DNA of 64,000 nucleotides from an uncultured Clostridia bacterium (GCA_944377485.1 CALWFB010000004.1:12582-76581); one strand, 5' to 3'. Positions 30,558-41,926 are shown, counted from the first letter of the stretch. Made by a program: numbers and translations. The notes: a model not told the origin generated them from the letters alone.

Positions 30558-31514
30558 TTAATAATTTTCATTTCCTTCAAGGATAATTCCATAAGATTCA
30601 AGTTTATTGATAACTTCTTCCATTGATTTAGCACCCATATTACGTACTTTCATCATTTCTGCACGTGTCTTCTTAGCAAGGTCACCCACTGTATCAATAC
30701 CTGCTCTCTTCAAGCAGTTATAACTACGAACACTTAATTCCATTTCCTCGATAGGTTTTTCGAATAATTTTGTTCTTTCGTCTTCTTTTCTAGCAACTAA
30801 AATGTTCATTCCGTCCATTCCTTCAACAAGTTCTACGAACATAGTTGCATAATCATTTAATAATTTAGCAGAAAGTGCAACGACTTCTTTTGCACTAACT
30901 GTACCACGTGTCTGAACATCTAAAACAAGTTTGTCGAAGTCTAGGCTACGACCAACACGACTAGATTGAACTTCAAAATTGACACGTTTAACAGGAGTAA
31001 ACAATGAATCAATCGCAATAAAATCTACTTCATCTGAAAAATCTTTATTGACACTAGCTGGAACATAACCTCTACCTCTGCCAACGTAAAGAGTCATATC
31101 AAGGTCTGCATCGTCATCTATTGTGCAAATATATAAGTCTGGATTGACAATACTTATACCATTTTCACATTCAATGTCCTTTGCATATACAACTGCTGGA
31201 CCTTTCTTTTTGAGTGTCATTGTACCTTTGAAATCTTCATCGGTGCTTTCTGTCTTCACTGCAAGAGCTTTGATATTCAAAACGATATCTGGCACATCTT
31301 CTGTCACACCTTTTATCGTTGAAAACTCGTGCAATACATTTTTAATTTTAATGCCTACAACGGCAGAACCTGGCAAAGAACTAAGCAAAGTTCTTCTAAG
31401 CATATTACCAATAGTAATACCGAAGCCTTTTTCTAATGGTTCAACAGTAATAATTGCATGTGCACCATTGTCTTGTTCTTCCAAAGATATTTTTGGTTTT
31501 TCGATTTCCATCAT
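30558..31514 (-). CDS. rpoA: RNA polymerase alpha subunit
   Basis: EPLEKGFGITIGNMLRR, HEFSTI and LSVRSYNCLKRAGI motifs. Confidence 0.98.
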   Translation of the reverse strand: MMEIEKPKISLEEQDNGAHAIITVEPLEKGFGITIGNMLRRTLLSSLPGSAVVGIKIKNVLHEFSTIKGVTEDVPDIVLNIKALAVKTESTDEDFKGTMTLKKKGPAVVYAKDIECENGISIVNPDLYICTIDDDADLDMTLYVGRGRGYVPASVNKDFSDEVDFIAIDSLFTPVKRVNFEVQSSRVGRSLDFDKLVLDVQTRGTVSAKEVVALSAKLLNDYATMFVELVEGMDGMNILVARKEDERTKLFEKPIEEMELSVRSYNCLKRAGIDTVGDLAKKTRAEMMKVRNMGAKSMEEVINKLESYGIILEGNENY

Positions 31515-31529
31515 AATTCGTTTCTCCTA

Positions 31530-32147
31530 TTATCTTGAATAAAATTCTACAATCAAATGTTCTTGAATGTTCATATCTATATCATCACGTTCAGGAAGTG
31601 CAAGCACTTTACCAGTGAGACTTTTTGAGTCAAACTCCAACCATTTTGGAGTATTTACTTTTGCTTCTTTCAAGGCTTTGAACATTTCAATATTTTGTTT
31701 GTTTTCTTTGATTTGAATCACATCTCCCACTTTAACTTGATAAGAAGGTATATTTACTTTCTTGCCATTAACAGTGATATGTCCATGATTTACAATCTGT
31801 CTTGATTCTGAACGAGAAGAACCAATACCCATACGATAAACCACATTGTCCAATCTTAATTCAAGCATCTTCAATAATGCCCAACCCGTACCTTCTTTGC
31901 TACGAGTGGCTTTTTCATAATATATTCTGAATTGTTTTTCAAGCAATCCATAAGTTCTACGAACTTTTTGTTTTTCTCTCAACTGCATACCGTATTCAGA
32001 GAACTTTTTCTTAGCAGTACCATGCTGACCAGGAACTACTGGACGTTTGTCAAACGAACATTTAGTTAGACATCTCTCGCCCTTTAAGAAAAGTTTCATA
32101 CCTTCTCTACGACATTGCTTACAATCTGGGCTAGTATTTTTTGCCAT
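31530..32147 (-). CDS. rpsD: 30S ribosomal protein S4 (Zn-type)
   Basis: CKQCRREG, QLREKQK, RLDNVVYR and LIVEFYSR motifs. Confidence 0.98.
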   Translation of the reverse strand: MAKNTSPDCKQCRREGMKLFLKGERCLTKCSFDKRPVVPGQHGTAKKKFSEYGMQLREKQKVRRTYGLLEKQFRIYYEKATRSKEGTGWALLKMLELRLDNVVYRMGIGSSRSESRQIVNHGHITVNGKKVNIPSYQVKVGDVIQIKENKQNIEMFKALKEAKVNTPKWLEFDSKSLTGKVLALPERDDIDMNIQEHLIVEFYSR

Positions 32148-32155
32148 ATTTCCTC

Positions 32156-32551
32156 CTATAATCTTCTCTTCTTAGGTGGTCTGCAACCATTGTGCGGAAT
32201 TGGAGAAACATCTTTGAACATCGTCACTCCTAGTCCAAATGTAGTTGCAGCACGAACTGCTGCTTCTCTACCGCCACCAGTACCAGCACCCTTAATATAG
32301 ATAGCAATCTTGTTGATACCAAAAGAGCTAGCCTTGCTCAATACATCTTCAACAACTTGTTGAGCAACGAATGGTGTACTCTTTTTAGCACCTCTATATC
32401 CCAATTTACCAGCACTGCTCTGTGCTAATTGATTGCCTTGACTATCTGTTAAAGATACTAATGTATTGTTAGAACTAGCTTGAATGTGCACAGCACCTTC
32501 ACCATTACTAACTAAAATTTTCTTTTTCTTTGTTTCTTTTTTAGTAGCCAT
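32156..32551 (-). CDS. rpsK: 30S ribosomal protein S11
   Basis: KKSTPF and PIPHNGCRPPKKRR motifs. Confidence 0.97.
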   Translation of the reverse strand: MATKKETKKKKILVSNGEGAVHIQASSNNTLVSLTDSQGNQLAQSSAGKLGYRGAKKSTPFVAQQVVEDVLSKASSFGINKIAIYIKGAGTGGGREAAVRAATTFGLGVTMFKDVSPIPHNGCRPPKKRRL

Positions 32552-32564
32552 TATTTACTCCTTA

Positions 32565-32933
32565 TTACTTCTTCTTATTAGCTATTGTCACCCTAGGACC
32601 TTTACGTGTACGTGCATTACGTTGTGTAGATTGCCCTCTAACTGGTAGGTTAGCGATATGTCTAAGTCCACGATAACATCTAATTTCTTTCAAACGTTTG
32701 ATGTCCATAGCGACATTTTTACGTTTTTCACCTTCCACGACAAAATTAGCCTCTATATATTTACGAATAGAAGCGATTTCATTTTCTGTAAGGTCTTTTA
32801 CTCGGGTATCAGGATTGATACCAGTAGCCTCTAAAATTTTATTAGCACTGGTTCTTCCAATTCCATAAATATAAGTAAGCCCGATTTCTACTCTTTTTTC
32901 ATTAGGTAAATCCACGCCTGATATACGTGCCAT
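32565..32933 (-). CDS. rpsM: 30S ribosomal protein S13
   Basis: [10 protein letters not shown] and YRGLRH...LPVRGQ...NARTRKG motifs. Confidence 0.98.
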   Translation of the reverse strand: MARISGVDLPNEKRVEIGLTYIYGIGRTSANKILEATGINPDTRVKDLTENEIASIRKYIEANFVVEGEKRKNVAMDIKRLKEIRCYRGLRHIANLPVRGQSTQRNARTRKGPRVTIANKKK

Positions 32934-33012
32934 AATTTTTCCTCCACTTAATGTAATTTATTTACTCACAATGCCAAATTGCCGCGAGACATTGTGCTTA
33001 TTTTCGAATTTA

Positions 33013-33129
33013 TTAACCTTGACGTTGTTTGTGCTTAGGATTCTTTGAGCAAATAACCATAACTCTGCCATTACGTTTAATCACTTTACATTTTTCGCAC
33101 ATTGGTTTAACTGATGGTCTAACTTTCAT
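33013..33129 (-). CDS. rpmJ: 50S ribosomal protein L36
   Basis: Not in ORF track; manual translation [38 protein letters not shown]. Confidence 0.97.
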   Translation of the reverse strand: MKVRPSVKPMCEKCKVIKRNGRVMVICSKNPKHKQRQG

Positions 33130-33140
33130 AATTTCTCCTT

Positions 33141-33362
33141 CTAGTTTTTATCTCTCCAAACAATTCGACCTTTCGTCAAATCGTACGGACTCATCTCTAC
33201 TTTCACTTTATCACCAACTAATATCTTGATATAATTGGTACGCAATTTACCAGAGATATAAGCTGTAATTACATGGTTGTTCATAATCTTAACCTTGAAG
33301 TTGGTATTACCTAACACTTCAATTACTTCGCCCTCTGCTTCAATAAGGTCTTCTTTCGACAT
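33141..33362 (-). CDS. infA: translation initiation factor IF-1
   Basis: ISGKLR...[18 protein letters not shown]. Confidence 0.98.
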   Translation of the reverse strand: MSKEDLIEAEGEVIEVLGNTNFKVKIMNNHVITAYISGKLRTNYIKILVGDKVKVEMSPYDLTKGRIVWRDKN

Positions 33363-33363
33363 A

Positions 33364-33633
33364 CTACTCCTTTACCATATAAACTTTAATCATTTTATAG
33401 ATTTCTGTATTTGTTGCAAGTGACGAATTAATCTTTTTGATTATGTCGTCATCGTGTCCAACTTTTATCAAGTGCCTTGAATTTTTTTTCTTCGGCTTGT
33501 CCATAGTTCTATACTTACCATCTATTATATCAAGATATCCGTTTTTGTCAATAGATGTGACTATAAATAAGCGATTTTTATCGTGTCCTGATAGTGATTT
33601 CACTATGTCTCCCACTGAAAATTCTATATCCAT
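33364..33633 (-). CDS. KOW-domain (L14e-like) RNA-binding protein
   Basis: [12 protein letters not shown]...DGKYR...KPKKKN; typical clostridial position between map and infA. Confidence 0.85.
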   Translation of the reverse strand: MDIEFSVGDIVKSLSGHDKNRLFIVTSIDKNGYLDIIDGKYRTMDKPKKKNSRHLIKVGHDDDIIKKINSSLATNTEIYKMIKVYMVKE

Positions 33634-33640
33634 AACACTC

Positions 33641-34387
33641 CTATAAAGTCAAGATTTCAACACCTGTATCTGTAATTAGAACTGTGTTTTCGTAATGTGC
33701 ACTATCAAGTCCGTCCTGTGTTGTCACAGTCCAATCATTGTCTTCTAAATACACATAACGTTTTCCCATAGTAGACATTGGTTCAATCGCCAAGGTCATA
33801 CCAGATTGTAAAACCACACCGGAATTATAGTTGCCATAGTTTAAGACTTGTGGGTCTTCATGAAGCTTTGTACCAATTCCATGTCCGCACAATTCTCGAA
33901 CCACACCATATCCATGTTCTTCCAAATAAACCTGAATTCTGTGGCTAATGTGACCCAATCTATCGCCCGCTTTAATTCCTTTAATTCCTTCAAAGAAGGA
34001 TTGTCTAGTGGCTTCAATTAATTTTGCCTTCTCAATAGATATGTTGCCAACAGCAAACGTCCTTGCTGCGTCCGAATGATAACCTTGCCAAATCACTCCA
34101 CAATCAATGGAGATAATATCTCCTTCTTTTAGTGGCTCATCTGAGCAGAATCCGTGCACCACTTGTGCATTAACACTGGCACAAATCGTGTACGGAAACC
34201 CCTCATAGTTTAAAAAGGAAGGTTTTGCACCTTGTGAAATAATGTAATTATAGGCCAAATCGTTAAGGTGCGCACTGGTTTGGCCGGGATAGATAGATTG
34301 CTCAATTAGGTCAAGAGTCTGTTTTAATATCTTGCCTGCTTTTCGCATCTTCTCAATTTGTTCGTTATTTTTTATAGTTATGTTCAT
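33641..34387 (-). CDS. map: methionine aminopeptidase
   Basis: GDIISIDCG, HSDAART, GHGIG...HEDP and AHYENTV motifs. Confidence 0.97.
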   Translation of the reverse strand: MNITIKNNEQIEKMRKAGKILKQTLDLIEQSIYPGQTSAHLNDLAYNYIISQGAKPSFLNYEGFPYTICASVNAQVVHGFCSDEPLKEGDIISIDCGVIWQGYHSDAARTFAVGNISIEKAKLIEATRQSFFEGIKGIKAGDRLGHISHRIQVYLEEHGYGVVRELCGHGIGTKLHEDPQVLNYGNYNSGVVLQSGMTLAIEPMSTMGKRYVYLEDNDWTVTTQDGLDSAHYENTVLITDTGVEILTL

Positions 34388-35004
34388 TTTATTACCTTCA
34401 TAACTGCTTTTAATACTTCATTTGGAGTCTTGGAAGCATCTATTTCTACCAAAACTCCACTTTCTCTGTATCTTTTGATTAATGGTTCAGTTTCTAATCT
34501 ATATTGTTCAAATCGTTTATTCGCTACCTCAGGTGTATCATCGCTACGAACTGTCAATTTACCATTGCAAACTGGACATACCAAATCTGGACATTTCACT
34601 CTTGTAGTGATATTCCCACATTTTGAACAAGTTAGTCTATTCATAATGCGCTTTAATGCATCTTCTTTTTTCAAATTTAAATAAATTGCAAGGTCTACAT
34701 TACAAATCTTATCTAACTCATCAGCTTGCTCTCTACTCCTAGGAAAACCATCAAAGATAACAATAGATTTTTTGTTATCAGACAATTTTTTATTGATTGT
34801 ATCCATAACGATATTAGTATCAACTAGTTCGCCTTTATCCATCTTTGATTTTATCAATTTCCCTAACTTTGAACCTGTTGCAATCTCATCTCTAAGCGAT
34901 GAGCCAACTGACACTAATAAGAAATCTAAATGCTTTGATAAATCTTGTACCAAAGTTCCCTTTCCTGAACCTTGAATACCCAATAGAACAATATTCATTT
35001 TCAC
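34384..35004 (-). CDS. adk: adenylate kinase
   Basis: GSGKGT P-loop, DGFPR, CxxC...CxxC lid, RSDD. Confidence 0.95.
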   Translation of the reverse strand: MKMNIVLLGIQGSGKGTLVQDLSKHLDFLLVSVGSSLRDEIATGSKLGKLIKSKMDKGELVDTNIVMDTINKKLSDNKKSIVIFDGFPRSREQADELDKICNVDLAIYLNLKKEDALKRIMNRLTCSKCGNITTRVKCPDLVCPVCNGKLTVRSDDTPEVANKRFEQYRLETEPLIKRYRESGVLVEIDASKTPNEVLKAVMKVIK

Positions 35005-35006
35005 CC

Positions 35007-36314
35007 CTATTTCAAAAATCCTCTATAATTTTTCATCATCATTTGAGCTTCTAATTGCTTGTTGAATTCAAGCGCAACCGAAACGACAATCAGCATACCA
35101 GTAGCACTGAATGCACTATTCAATCCGCTTGCACCAATTCCGGTAAATACCAATGTAGGAATCAATGCCATGAACGCCAAGAATATAGCACCAAATAATG
35201 TTATACGTTTGTTGATACTACTCAAATACTGTGATGTAGGTTTTCCTGGACGAATTCCTGGAATAAAACCACCATTTTGTTGAATTTGCCTACTAATCTC
35301 ATCAGTATCAAAGTTTATCATAGTATAGAAGTATGCAAATGCCAAGATTAAAAGTGCCAACAATACTGCATAGACCCAACTGCCCGCACCTATCCAAGTA
35401 TTCCACCACTGAACAAATCCACTGCTTGAATCTGAATCAAAAATACTCATCAATAATTGTGGGAAAGTGAGTAAAGCACTTGCAAATATAATTGGCATAA
35501 CGCCATTTGCATTCACTCTAATAGGGATATAGGTGGATTGACCACCATATAGTTTTCTACCCTTCATTTGTTTTGCATATTGAACTCCAACCTTACGTTC
35601 TCCGCCGTCAACAAATACAACGAGAGCAAAGATTGCAATCAATGCTACAAGGAACAAAACTAATTGCCAAATTGCTGTCTGAGTAGTTTCCCCACCAACG
35701 AATAAGTTTTGGAAATTGCCCATAATAGCACTAGCAGCACTGGATAGAATACCTACAAATATCAATAATGACATACCATTACCGATACCAATTTCTGTAA
35801 TTTTTTCGCCAAGCCATACAGTGAACATTGCACCTGCAACTAGCATGATAACAATAAATGTATAGCATAGCACTTCGCTTCCACCAAATATTTCAATATG
35901 TGCGCTACCAGCCGTACCAAATCCTACTGCGATTCCTATTGCCTGAGCAAGAGCGATAATCAAAGCAGCAATCTTTGTATACATACTAATCTTCTTTCTT
36001 CCGTCAGCACCCTCTTTGGATAGACGTTGCCAACTTGGAATAACAGCTGCAAGTAATTGAATTATAATTGACGCAGTAATATAAGGAGAAACACCGAGCG
36101 CTAAGAATGAACCTTGGGCAAGCGCACCACCGCTCACTGAGCTTAGCAAGCTCAAAAATGTACTTCCTTCAACATTGACGCCAAGTGCTTCGCTGTCTAT
36201 GCCAGGTATTGGCAACCAACAGCCTAGACGATAAACAAAGAGCAAAACCAAAGTCAAAATCAACTTGTTTCTTACTTCTTTGATTTTAAATGCGTCAGCT
36301 AATGTCTTAAACAT
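35007..36314 (-). CDS. secY: preprotein translocase subunit SecY
   Basis: LGVSPYITASII, GIGNGMSL, GVMPIIFA and IPGIRPG motifs. Confidence 0.98.
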   Translation of the reverse strand: MFKTLADAFKIKEVRNKLILTLVLLFVYRLGCWLPIPGIDSEALGVNVEGSTFLSLLSSVSGGALAQGSFLALGVSPYITASIIIQLLAAVIPSWQRLSKEGADGRKKISMYTKIAALIIALAQAIGIAVGFGTAGSAHIEIFGGSEVLCYTFIVIMLVAGAMFTVWLGEKITEIGIGNGMSLLIFVGILSSAASAIMGNFQNLFVGGETTQTAIWQLVLFLVALIAIFALVVFVDGGERKVGVQYAKQMKGRKLYGGQSTYIPIRVNANGVMPIIFASALLTFPQLLMSIFDSDSSSGFVQWWNTWIGAGSWVYAVLLALLILAFAYFYTMINFDTDEISRQIQQNGGFIPGIRPGKPTSQYLSSINKRITLFGAIFLAFMALIPTLVFTGIGASGLNSAFSATGMLIVVSVALEFNKQLEAQMMMKNYRGFLK

Positions 36315-36760
36315 TATACCTCCTCTACACTGCCACCTTGTGCTGTAATCTTTTCTTTCGCTTGTGTGGTAAATTTATTTGCCACAACTTTTAGAGCAAC
36401 AGACAAATCTCCATTACCTAAAATTTTAACGCCATCTTTTTCAATCTTTGACAAGATTCCACTTTCAAGAAGTTTGACAGCATCAACCACTGTATTAGGT
36501 TCAAAACTGTTAAGTTGACTAACATTAACAATAGAATACACCTTTTTGAATTTAGCATTACTAAATCCACGAGCAGGTAATCTTCTGTATAATGGGTTCT
36601 GACCACCTTCAAATCCTGGACGGACACCGCCACCGCTTCTTGCGTTCTGACCTTTATGTCCCTTACCAGATGTCTTACCAATTCCGCTACCGATACCTCT
36701 TCCTAGTCTTTTCTTGCTAGTTTTTTCTCCGTCAGCATTTTTTAAATCGTGTATATACAT
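36314..36760 (-). CDS. rplO: 50S ribosomal protein L15
   Basis: [18 protein letters not shown] and FEGGQ motifs. Confidence 0.98.
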   Translation of the reverse strand: MYIHDLKNADGEKTSKKRLGRGIGSGIGKTSGKGHKGQNARSGGGVRPGFEGGQNPLYRRLPARGFSNAKFKKVYSIVNVSQLNSFEPNTVVDAVKLLESGILSKIEKDGVKILGNGDLSVALKVVANKFTTQAKEKITAQGGSVEEV

Positions 36761-36771
36761 AACTTTCTCCT

Positions 36772-36969
36772 TTATGCGTCTTCTTCCACTTTTAACAAGT
36801 GTTTAACTTTGAAGATACTACCTCTAATGCAATCATTATCTGGAAGGACTCTTGTCTGACCTAACTTTCTGAAACCTAATGCTTCAAGAATCTTCGCTTG
36901 ACGTTTGTTAAAGCCTGTTGCACTTTTAACTAATGTCACTTTTATAGTCTTTTCTTGCTTCTTTGCCAT
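36772..36969 (-). CDS. rpmD: 50S ribosomal protein L30
   Basis: IKVTLVKS...KVKHLL; spc operon position. Confidence 0.93.
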   Translation of the reverse strand: MAKKQEKTIKVTLVKSATGFNKRQAKILEALGFRKLGQTRVLPDNDCIRGSIFKVKHLLKVEEDA

Positions 36970-36977
36970 AAGTCCTC

Positions 36978-37496
36978 CTAAATTTCTTCAACTGATTTAC
37001 CACGTAGCATAGCAACTTGTTCTTTCGTTCTCAAATTTTTCAAGCCGTTTAAAGTAGCTCTAACCACGTTGATTTTATCAGTAGAACCATAAATTTTTGC
37101 GCTAATATCAGTATAACCAGCCATTTCAAACACTGTACGAGCAGCACCACCAGCAATCAGACCGCTACCCTTTTTAGAAGGAAGCATTTTTACGTTGGTC
37201 TTAGCAAATTTACCGATAGTTTCGTGCGGGATAGTTCCATCAATAATAGCAACATTAATAACAGCTTTTTTAGCAGCCTTAGTTGCTTTTTCAATAGCAG
37301 CAGGTACTTCACTTGCTTTTGCAATTCCCATACCAACTCTACCTTTTTTATCTCCTACTACAACAAGAGCAGAGAAACGCATAGTACGTCCACCTTTGAC
37401 AACCTTGGTGACTCTTCTCACATCAAGCATTTTCTTGTCAAATTCGTCTTTTTCTTCAACCCTTGGTTTTCTAAATTCACGTTTTTGTTGTGCCAT
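36978..37496 (-). CDS. rpsE: 30S ribosomal protein S5
   Basis: RVTKVVKGGR..RFSALVVVGD. Confidence 0.98.
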   Translation of the reverse strand: MAQQKREFRKPRVEEKDEFDKKMLDVRRVTKVVKGGRTMRFSALVVVGDKKGRVGMGIAKASEVPAAIEKATKAAKKAVINVAIIDGTIPHETIGKFAKTNVKMLPSKKGSGLIAGGAARTVFEMAGYTDISAKIYGSTDKINVVRATLNGLKNLRTKEQVAMLRGKSVEEI

Positions 37497-37505
37497 AATT
37501 TCTCC

Positions 37506-37874
37506 TTAAAATTTCAAGCCAGCAGCTCTTGCGCCGTCAGCAAGTTCTTTTACTCTTCCTGTATAAAGGTATCCGCCACGGTCGAACACTACTTCTTCAA
37601 TTTTTTTCTTTTTAGCGAGACGAGCAATCTCACCACCAACGTATTTAGCCTGTTCTTTATTAGTCATACCTTTTACTTTTGCTTGTATTTCTTTTTGAGT
37701 AGTATTACATGCAACTAGTGTCTTGCCAGTTGTGTCATCGATAATTTGTGCATATATATGATTTAAACTTCTATAAACACATAGTCTTGGACGAACACTT
37801 GTGCCTGTTAAGTCGTGACGTAATTTGATATGACGTTTAACACGTTGAGCATTTTTATTAATCTTACTAATCAT
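37506..37874 (-). CDS. rplR: 50S ribosomal protein L18
   Basis: RPRLCVYRS and VVFDRGGYLY motifs. Confidence 0.98.
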   Translation of the reverse strand: MISKINKNAQRVKRHIKLRHDLTGTSVRPRLCVYRSLNHIYAQIIDDTTGKTLVACNTTQKEIQAKVKGMTNKEQAKYVGGEIARLAKKKKIEEVVFDRGGYLYTGRVKELADGARAAGLKF

Positions 37875-37885
37875 AACTTAACCTC

Positions 37886-38431
37886 CTACTTCTTCTTACC
37901 TGCCGACTTACCAGGTTTTAAGATTACACGTTCATCAGAATATTGTATACCATAACCATGATAAGGTTCGATAGGTCTTAATGCTTTAATTTTAGCAGCA
38001 ATTTCGCCAACCAATTCTTTATTAGCACCTTTTACTAATATAGTATTGTTATCAGGAACTTCAAGAGTAATCCCTTCCACTTCTTCAAATTCTACTGGGT
38101 GGCTCAATCCTAAATTCATTACTAATTTTTTTCCTTGTTTTGACAACTTATAACCAACGCCTTTAACAGTTAAAGATTTTTTGAATCCGTCTTTTACACC
38201 AATAATCATATTATTGATAAGCTGACGATACAAACCTTGTTTTGCGTTAGAATCTCTTGTGTCATCATTGCGAGTGACGAAGATTTGGTTGTCTTTTATT
38301 TCAACTGTGACATTATTTGAATATGATTGTGACAAAGTCTCTTTTGCACCTTTAACTGTCACAACGTTATCTTTAATATCTACGGTCACACCCGCTGGTA
38401 TTGAGATAGGTAATTTTCCAATTCTTGACAT
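37886..38431 (-). CDS. rplF: 50S ribosomal protein L6
   Basis: MSRIGKLPI, GVGY and RPIEPY motifs. Confidence 0.98.
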   Translation of the reverse strand: MSRIGKLPISIPAGVTVDIKDNVVTVKGAKETLSQSYSNNVTVEIKDNQIFVTRNDDTRDSNAKQGLYRQLINNMIIGVKDGFKKSLTVKGVGYKLSKQGKKLVMNLGLSHPVEFEEVEGITLEVPDNNTILVKGANKELVGEIAAKIKALRPIEPYHGYGIQYSDERVILKPGKSAGKKK

Positions 38432-38442
38432 ACTTCACCTCT

Positions 38443-38841
38443 CTACCATACGTAGGCGAGCACTTCGCCACCTACATTCAATTTTCTAGCACTTTTATCT
38501 GTGATGATACCTTTGCTAGTAGAAACAATTGCAATTCCTAAACCGTTAAGAACTTTTGGTAATTGTTCAGTATTAGCATAAATTCTTAATCCCGGTTTGC
38601 TGATTCTTTTAAGTCCTTGGATAACTTTTTCACCATTAGGACCATATTTTAGTGTGATTTCAATCATCTTGATTCCATTATCAACGATAGACTTGTAATC
38701 TACAATATAACCTTCATCTTTCAAGATTTTGGCAATCGCAAGTTTCGTATTAGATTGTGGAACAAGAACACTTTCGTGCTTATTAGCATTCGCATTACGA
38801 ATACGAGTAAGCATATCTGCGATAGGGTCTATACTTATCAT
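38443..38841 (-). CDS. rpsH: 30S ribosomal protein S8
   Basis: [19 protein letters not shown] and GGEVLAYVW motifs. Confidence 0.98.
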   Translation of the reverse strand: MISIDPIADMLTRIRNANANKHESVLVPQSNTKLAIAKILKDEGYIVDYKSIVDNGIKMIEITLKYGPNGEKVIQGLKRISKPGLRIYANTEQLPKVLNGLGIAIVSTSKGIITDKSARKLNVGGEVLAYVW

Positions 38842-38853
38842 ACTACTCTCCTT

Positions 38854-39039
38854 TTACCAACTAGCCTTCTTAACGCCAGGGATTTCTCCTTTGCTAGCCA
38901 AGTTTCTAAAACATATTCTGCAAATTCCATATTTTTTAAGTACGGCATGTGGACGACCGCAAATAGAACATCTCGTGTATTCACGAGTTGTGAACTTTTG
39001 CTTTCTTTTTTGTTTATTTACCATTGCTTTTCTTGCCAT
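38854..39039 (-). CDS. rpsN: 30S ribosomal protein S14 (Zn-binding type Z)
   Basis: RCSICGR...CRICFR...PGVKKASW. Confidence 0.97.
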   Translation of the reverse strand: MARKAMVNKQKRKQKFTTREYTRCSICGRPHAVLKKYGICRICFRNLASKGEIPGVKKASW

Positions 39040-39048
39040 AATTCACTC

Positions 39049-39606
39049 CTAATTACTCTTTTTGAACGGAATGCCCATCAATTTTAATAATTCATAAGCT
39101 TCTTCGTTCGATTTTGCGGTTGTGACGAATATAATGTCAAATCCTCTCACTGCATCAATCTTATCATAAATGATTTCAGGGAAGATGATTTGTTCTTTTA
39201 CGCCAAAACTATAATTTCCACGTCCGTCAAAAGATTTTGTGCTAAGTCCTTGGAAGTCCCTAACTCGTGGAAGAGCGATTGATACTAATCTATCAAAGAA
39301 TTCGTACATCTTTTCGCCACGAAGTGTCACTTTTGCACCAATCTTTTGTCCTTTACGAAGTTTGAAATTTGCAACTGATTTTTTTGCTGTTGTCACTACT
39401 GCTTTTTGACCAGCAATAAGACTTAATTCTTCAACAGCTGTATTAAAACTTTTTGCGTTATCTTTTTCCTTACCTAGACGAAGACTCAAAACGATTTTGT
39501 CAAGTTTTGGTATTTCCATAACGTTTTTATAACCAAATTTTTCTTGCAAAGCCTTTTTCACAACTTCGTTATAGTATGCATGACGTCTATTAATTTCTTT
39601 TTCCAT
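39049..39606 (-). CDS. rplE: 50S ribosomal protein L5
   Basis: [14 protein letters not shown] and FDGRGNY motifs. Confidence 0.98.
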   Translation of the reverse strand: MEKEINRRHAYYNEVVKKALQEKFGYKNVMEIPKLDKIVLSLRLGKEKDNAKSFNTAVEELSLIAGQKAVVTTAKKSVANFKLRKGQKIGAKVTLRGEKMYEFFDRLVSIALPRVRDFQGLSTKSFDGRGNYSFGVKEQIIFPEIIYDKIDAVRGFDIIFVTTAKSNEEAYELLKLMGIPFKKSN

Positions 39607-39619
39607 ATGTCATACTCCT

Positions 39620-39976
39620 TTATGCCTTTTTACTGCTCTTTGCAGTCTTTTTTGTCTTAACAACATCTAATGATGCTCCGCATTTTTTACAAATACGTGT
39701 CTTTGTATCTCCTTCAACTGAATGAGCTACACGTGTTGCTTTCTTACATACTGGGCAGATGACTTGAACATTACTTATGTCAATAGCACCTTCTGATTTT
39801 ATAATTCCGCCCTTGTCATCCTTGCTTCTTGGTTTTTTGTGATGTGATTGAATGTTGACATTGGCAACAATCACTCTACCATCTTCTCTATTAACTTCTA
39901 GCACTTCGCCAGATTTTCCAGCATCTTTGCCTGCAAGTACAAGTACGTTATCACCTTTTTTAACACTATACTTCAT
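39620..39976 (-). CDS. rplX: 50S ribosomal protein L24
   Basis: VKKGDNV.V.AGKD.GK and ISNV motifs; C-terminal CxxC pairs. Confidence 0.97.
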   Translation of the reverse strand: MKYSVKKGDNVLVLAGKDAGKSGEVLEVNREDGRVIVANVNIQSHHKKPRSKDDKGGIIKSEGAIDISNVQVICPVCKKATRVAHSVEGDTKTRICKKCGASLDVVKTKKTAKSSKKA

Positions 39977-39985
39977 CTCTGCCTC

Positions 39986-40354
39986 CTATAATACTTCTGG
40001 TGCTAGTGAGATAATTTGAGTAAATCCCTTAGCACGAAGTTCTCTTGCAATAGGTCCAAATACACGTGTGCCACGTGGAGCCTTTTGTTTATCAATAATT
40101 ACAGCAGCATTTTCATCAAATTTAATTGAACTGCCATCTGGTCTTTGCACACCCTTTTTAGAACGCACAATGACTGCCATAACTACATCACCCTTTTTAA
40201 CTTTTCCATCTGGGTCAGCTTTTTTAACAGAAGCCACAATGATATCGCCAATATTTGCGAATTTTCTAACAGAGCCACCTAAACAACGGATACACATAAT
40301 TTCTTTTGCACCAGTGTTGTCGGCAACTTTTAATCTTGATAATGGTTGTATCAT
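39986..40354 (-). CDS. rplN: 50S ribosomal protein L14
   Basis: [15 protein letters not shown] and SLAPEVL motifs. Confidence 0.98.
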   Translation of the reverse strand: MIQPLSRLKVADNTGAKEIMCIRCLGGSVRKFANIGDIIVASVKKADPDGKVKKGDVVMAVIVRSKKGVQRPDGSSIKFDENAAVIIDKQKAPRGTRVFGPIARELRAKGFTQIISLAPEVL

Positions 40355-40363
40355 ATCTGCCTC

Positions 40364-40624
40364 CTACTTCGCTCTCTCAACGATAGAAAGAAGTCTAAAA
40401 TACTTATCTTTACTTAGTGGACGAGTTTCTATTATTAAAACAGTATCGCCAACATGTGCTTCATTCTTTTCATCGTGAGCTTTATATTTTTTTGTATAAG
40501 TCATATATTTTTTGTATATAGGGTGTCTTTTCTTGCTGGTGACCAAAACAGTAATGGTCTTGTCCATTTTGTCAGAAACAACAACACCTTGAATTGTCTT
40601 GCGGTTTACTTCTTTACTTTCCAT
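40364..40624 (-). CDS. rpsQ: 30S ribosomal protein S17
   Basis: [11 protein letters not shown] and ETRPLSK motifs. Confidence 0.98.
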   Translation of the reverse strand: MESKEVNRKTIQGVVVSDKMDKTITVLVTSKKRHPIYKKYMTYTKKYKAHDEKNEAHVGDTVLIIETRPLSKDKYFRLLSIVERAK

Positions 40625-40627
40625 ACA

Positions 40628-40825
40628 TTACTCCTTCGTTCCAGCCATTTTTTCTTTTAGGGCAGTTTTTACCCTAGCGATGTTCTTTCGAACAATTCTG
40701 ATTCTTGATGTATCAGTAAGTTGACCAACTTTGTGTTGAAAGGTTAGATTGAATAATTCACTTCTAAGTTTGCTTTCTTCTGCTGTCAACTCTTGAATTG
40801 ATAGTTCTCTATAATTATTCTTCAT
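40628..40825 (-). CDS. rpmC: 50S ribosomal protein L29
   Basis: ELFNL...RKNIARVKT; start set to ATG 40825. Confidence 0.95.
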   Translation of the reverse strand: MKNNYRELSIQELTAEESKLRSELFNLTFQHKVGQLTDTSRIRIVRKNIARVKTALKEKMAGTKE

Positions 40826-41246
40826 TGTTTTCACCGCCTTTTTCCTTGTATACTACTCTGGTCTTACAAGGAAGTTTATGTGAAGCGAGTCTAAGTGCTT
40901 CAAGACAAATTTCTTCGCTTGGTCCGCTCACTTCAATAATAACTCTATCACGTTTAACAACTGCTACGTGACCGACTTGTGCACCTTTACCGCTACCCAT
41001 ACGAGTGTCGGCAGGTTTTTTAGTAATAGGTTTATGTGGGAACACTTTTATCCAAAGTTTTCCACCACGTTTCATATATCTATTAATCGCAACACGTGCT
41101 GCTTCAAGTTGGTTAGGTGTAATCCAACATGGTTCAGTAGCTTGAAGACCATAATCTCCATACGTCACTTTGCTTCCACGAATAGCACGACCTGTCATAC
41201 GACCACGGTGTTGCTTTCTTCTCTTTTCTCTCTTAGGCATTAACAT
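40815..41246 (-). CDS. rplP: 50S ribosomal protein L16
   Basis: MLMPKR, QLEAAR and RMGSGKG motifs. Confidence 0.98.
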   Translation of the reverse strand: MLMPKREKRRKQHRGRMTGRAIRGSKVTYGDYGLQATEPCWITPNQLEAARVAINRYMKRGGKLWIKVFPHKPITKKPADTRMGSGKGAQVGHVAVVKRDRVIIEVSGPSEEICLEALRLASHKLPCKTRVVYKEKGGENNEE

Positions 41247-41247
41247 A

Positions 41248-41922
41248 TTAGTTTTCTCCTTTCTTGTGATTTACTGAACTTTGAGAAACTTTACCCAAAA
41301 TTTCACCCTTATTAATCCACACTTTAACACCTAAAACACCGAAAGTTGTGTGAGCTTCTGTACACGCATAATCGATGTTTGCTCTGATTGTGTGAAGAGG
41401 AAGTGAACCTTCGTGGTAGTGTTCACTACGAGCAATTTCAGCACCGTCAAGACGACCGGACACCATAGTCTTTACGCCAACAGCACCCGCTCTCATCACT
41501 CTTTGCATAGCAGATTTCATAACACGTCTGAATTGAGCACGTTTTTCTAGTTGACTAGCGATTGATTCTGCCACCAATTTTGCATCTAAGTCTGGATTTT
41601 TTTGTTCAACGATATTTACGTTAACTTTCTTTGCATCAGTCATCTTCTCAACGCTTTTCTTTAATGCTTCAACTCCTGCACCTTTTTGACCAATTAACAC
41701 ACCTGGTTTAGCAGTTGTGATTGTCACAGTGATTGAATCATTTGTTCTTTCAATCAAAACGTTAGAGATTGCACAACTTTTATATTCTTTAAGGATATAG
41801 TTGCGGATAACGTTATCTTCCTTAATGTTTTTTGCTATATTTTTCTTGTCTGTGTACCAAAAAGAATTCCAAGTCTTGTTGATACCAATTCTCATTCCAT
41901 TCGGATTAACTTTTTGTCCCAT
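41248..41922 (-). CDS. rpsC: 30S ribosomal protein S3
   Basis: [19 protein letters not shown] and PLHTIRA motifs. Confidence 0.98.
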   Translation of the reverse strand: MGQKVNPNGMRIGINKTWNSFWYTDKKNIAKNIKEDNVIRNYILKEYKSCAISNVLIERTNDSITVTITTAKPGVLIGQKGAGVEALKKSVEKMTDAKKVNVNIVEQKNPDLDAKLVAESIASQLEKRAQFRRVMKSAMQRVMRAGAVGVKTMVSGRLDGAEIARSEHYHEGSLPLHTIRANIDYACTEAHTTFGVLGVKVWINKGEILGKVSQSSVNHKKGEN

Positions 41923-41926
41923 ACTT

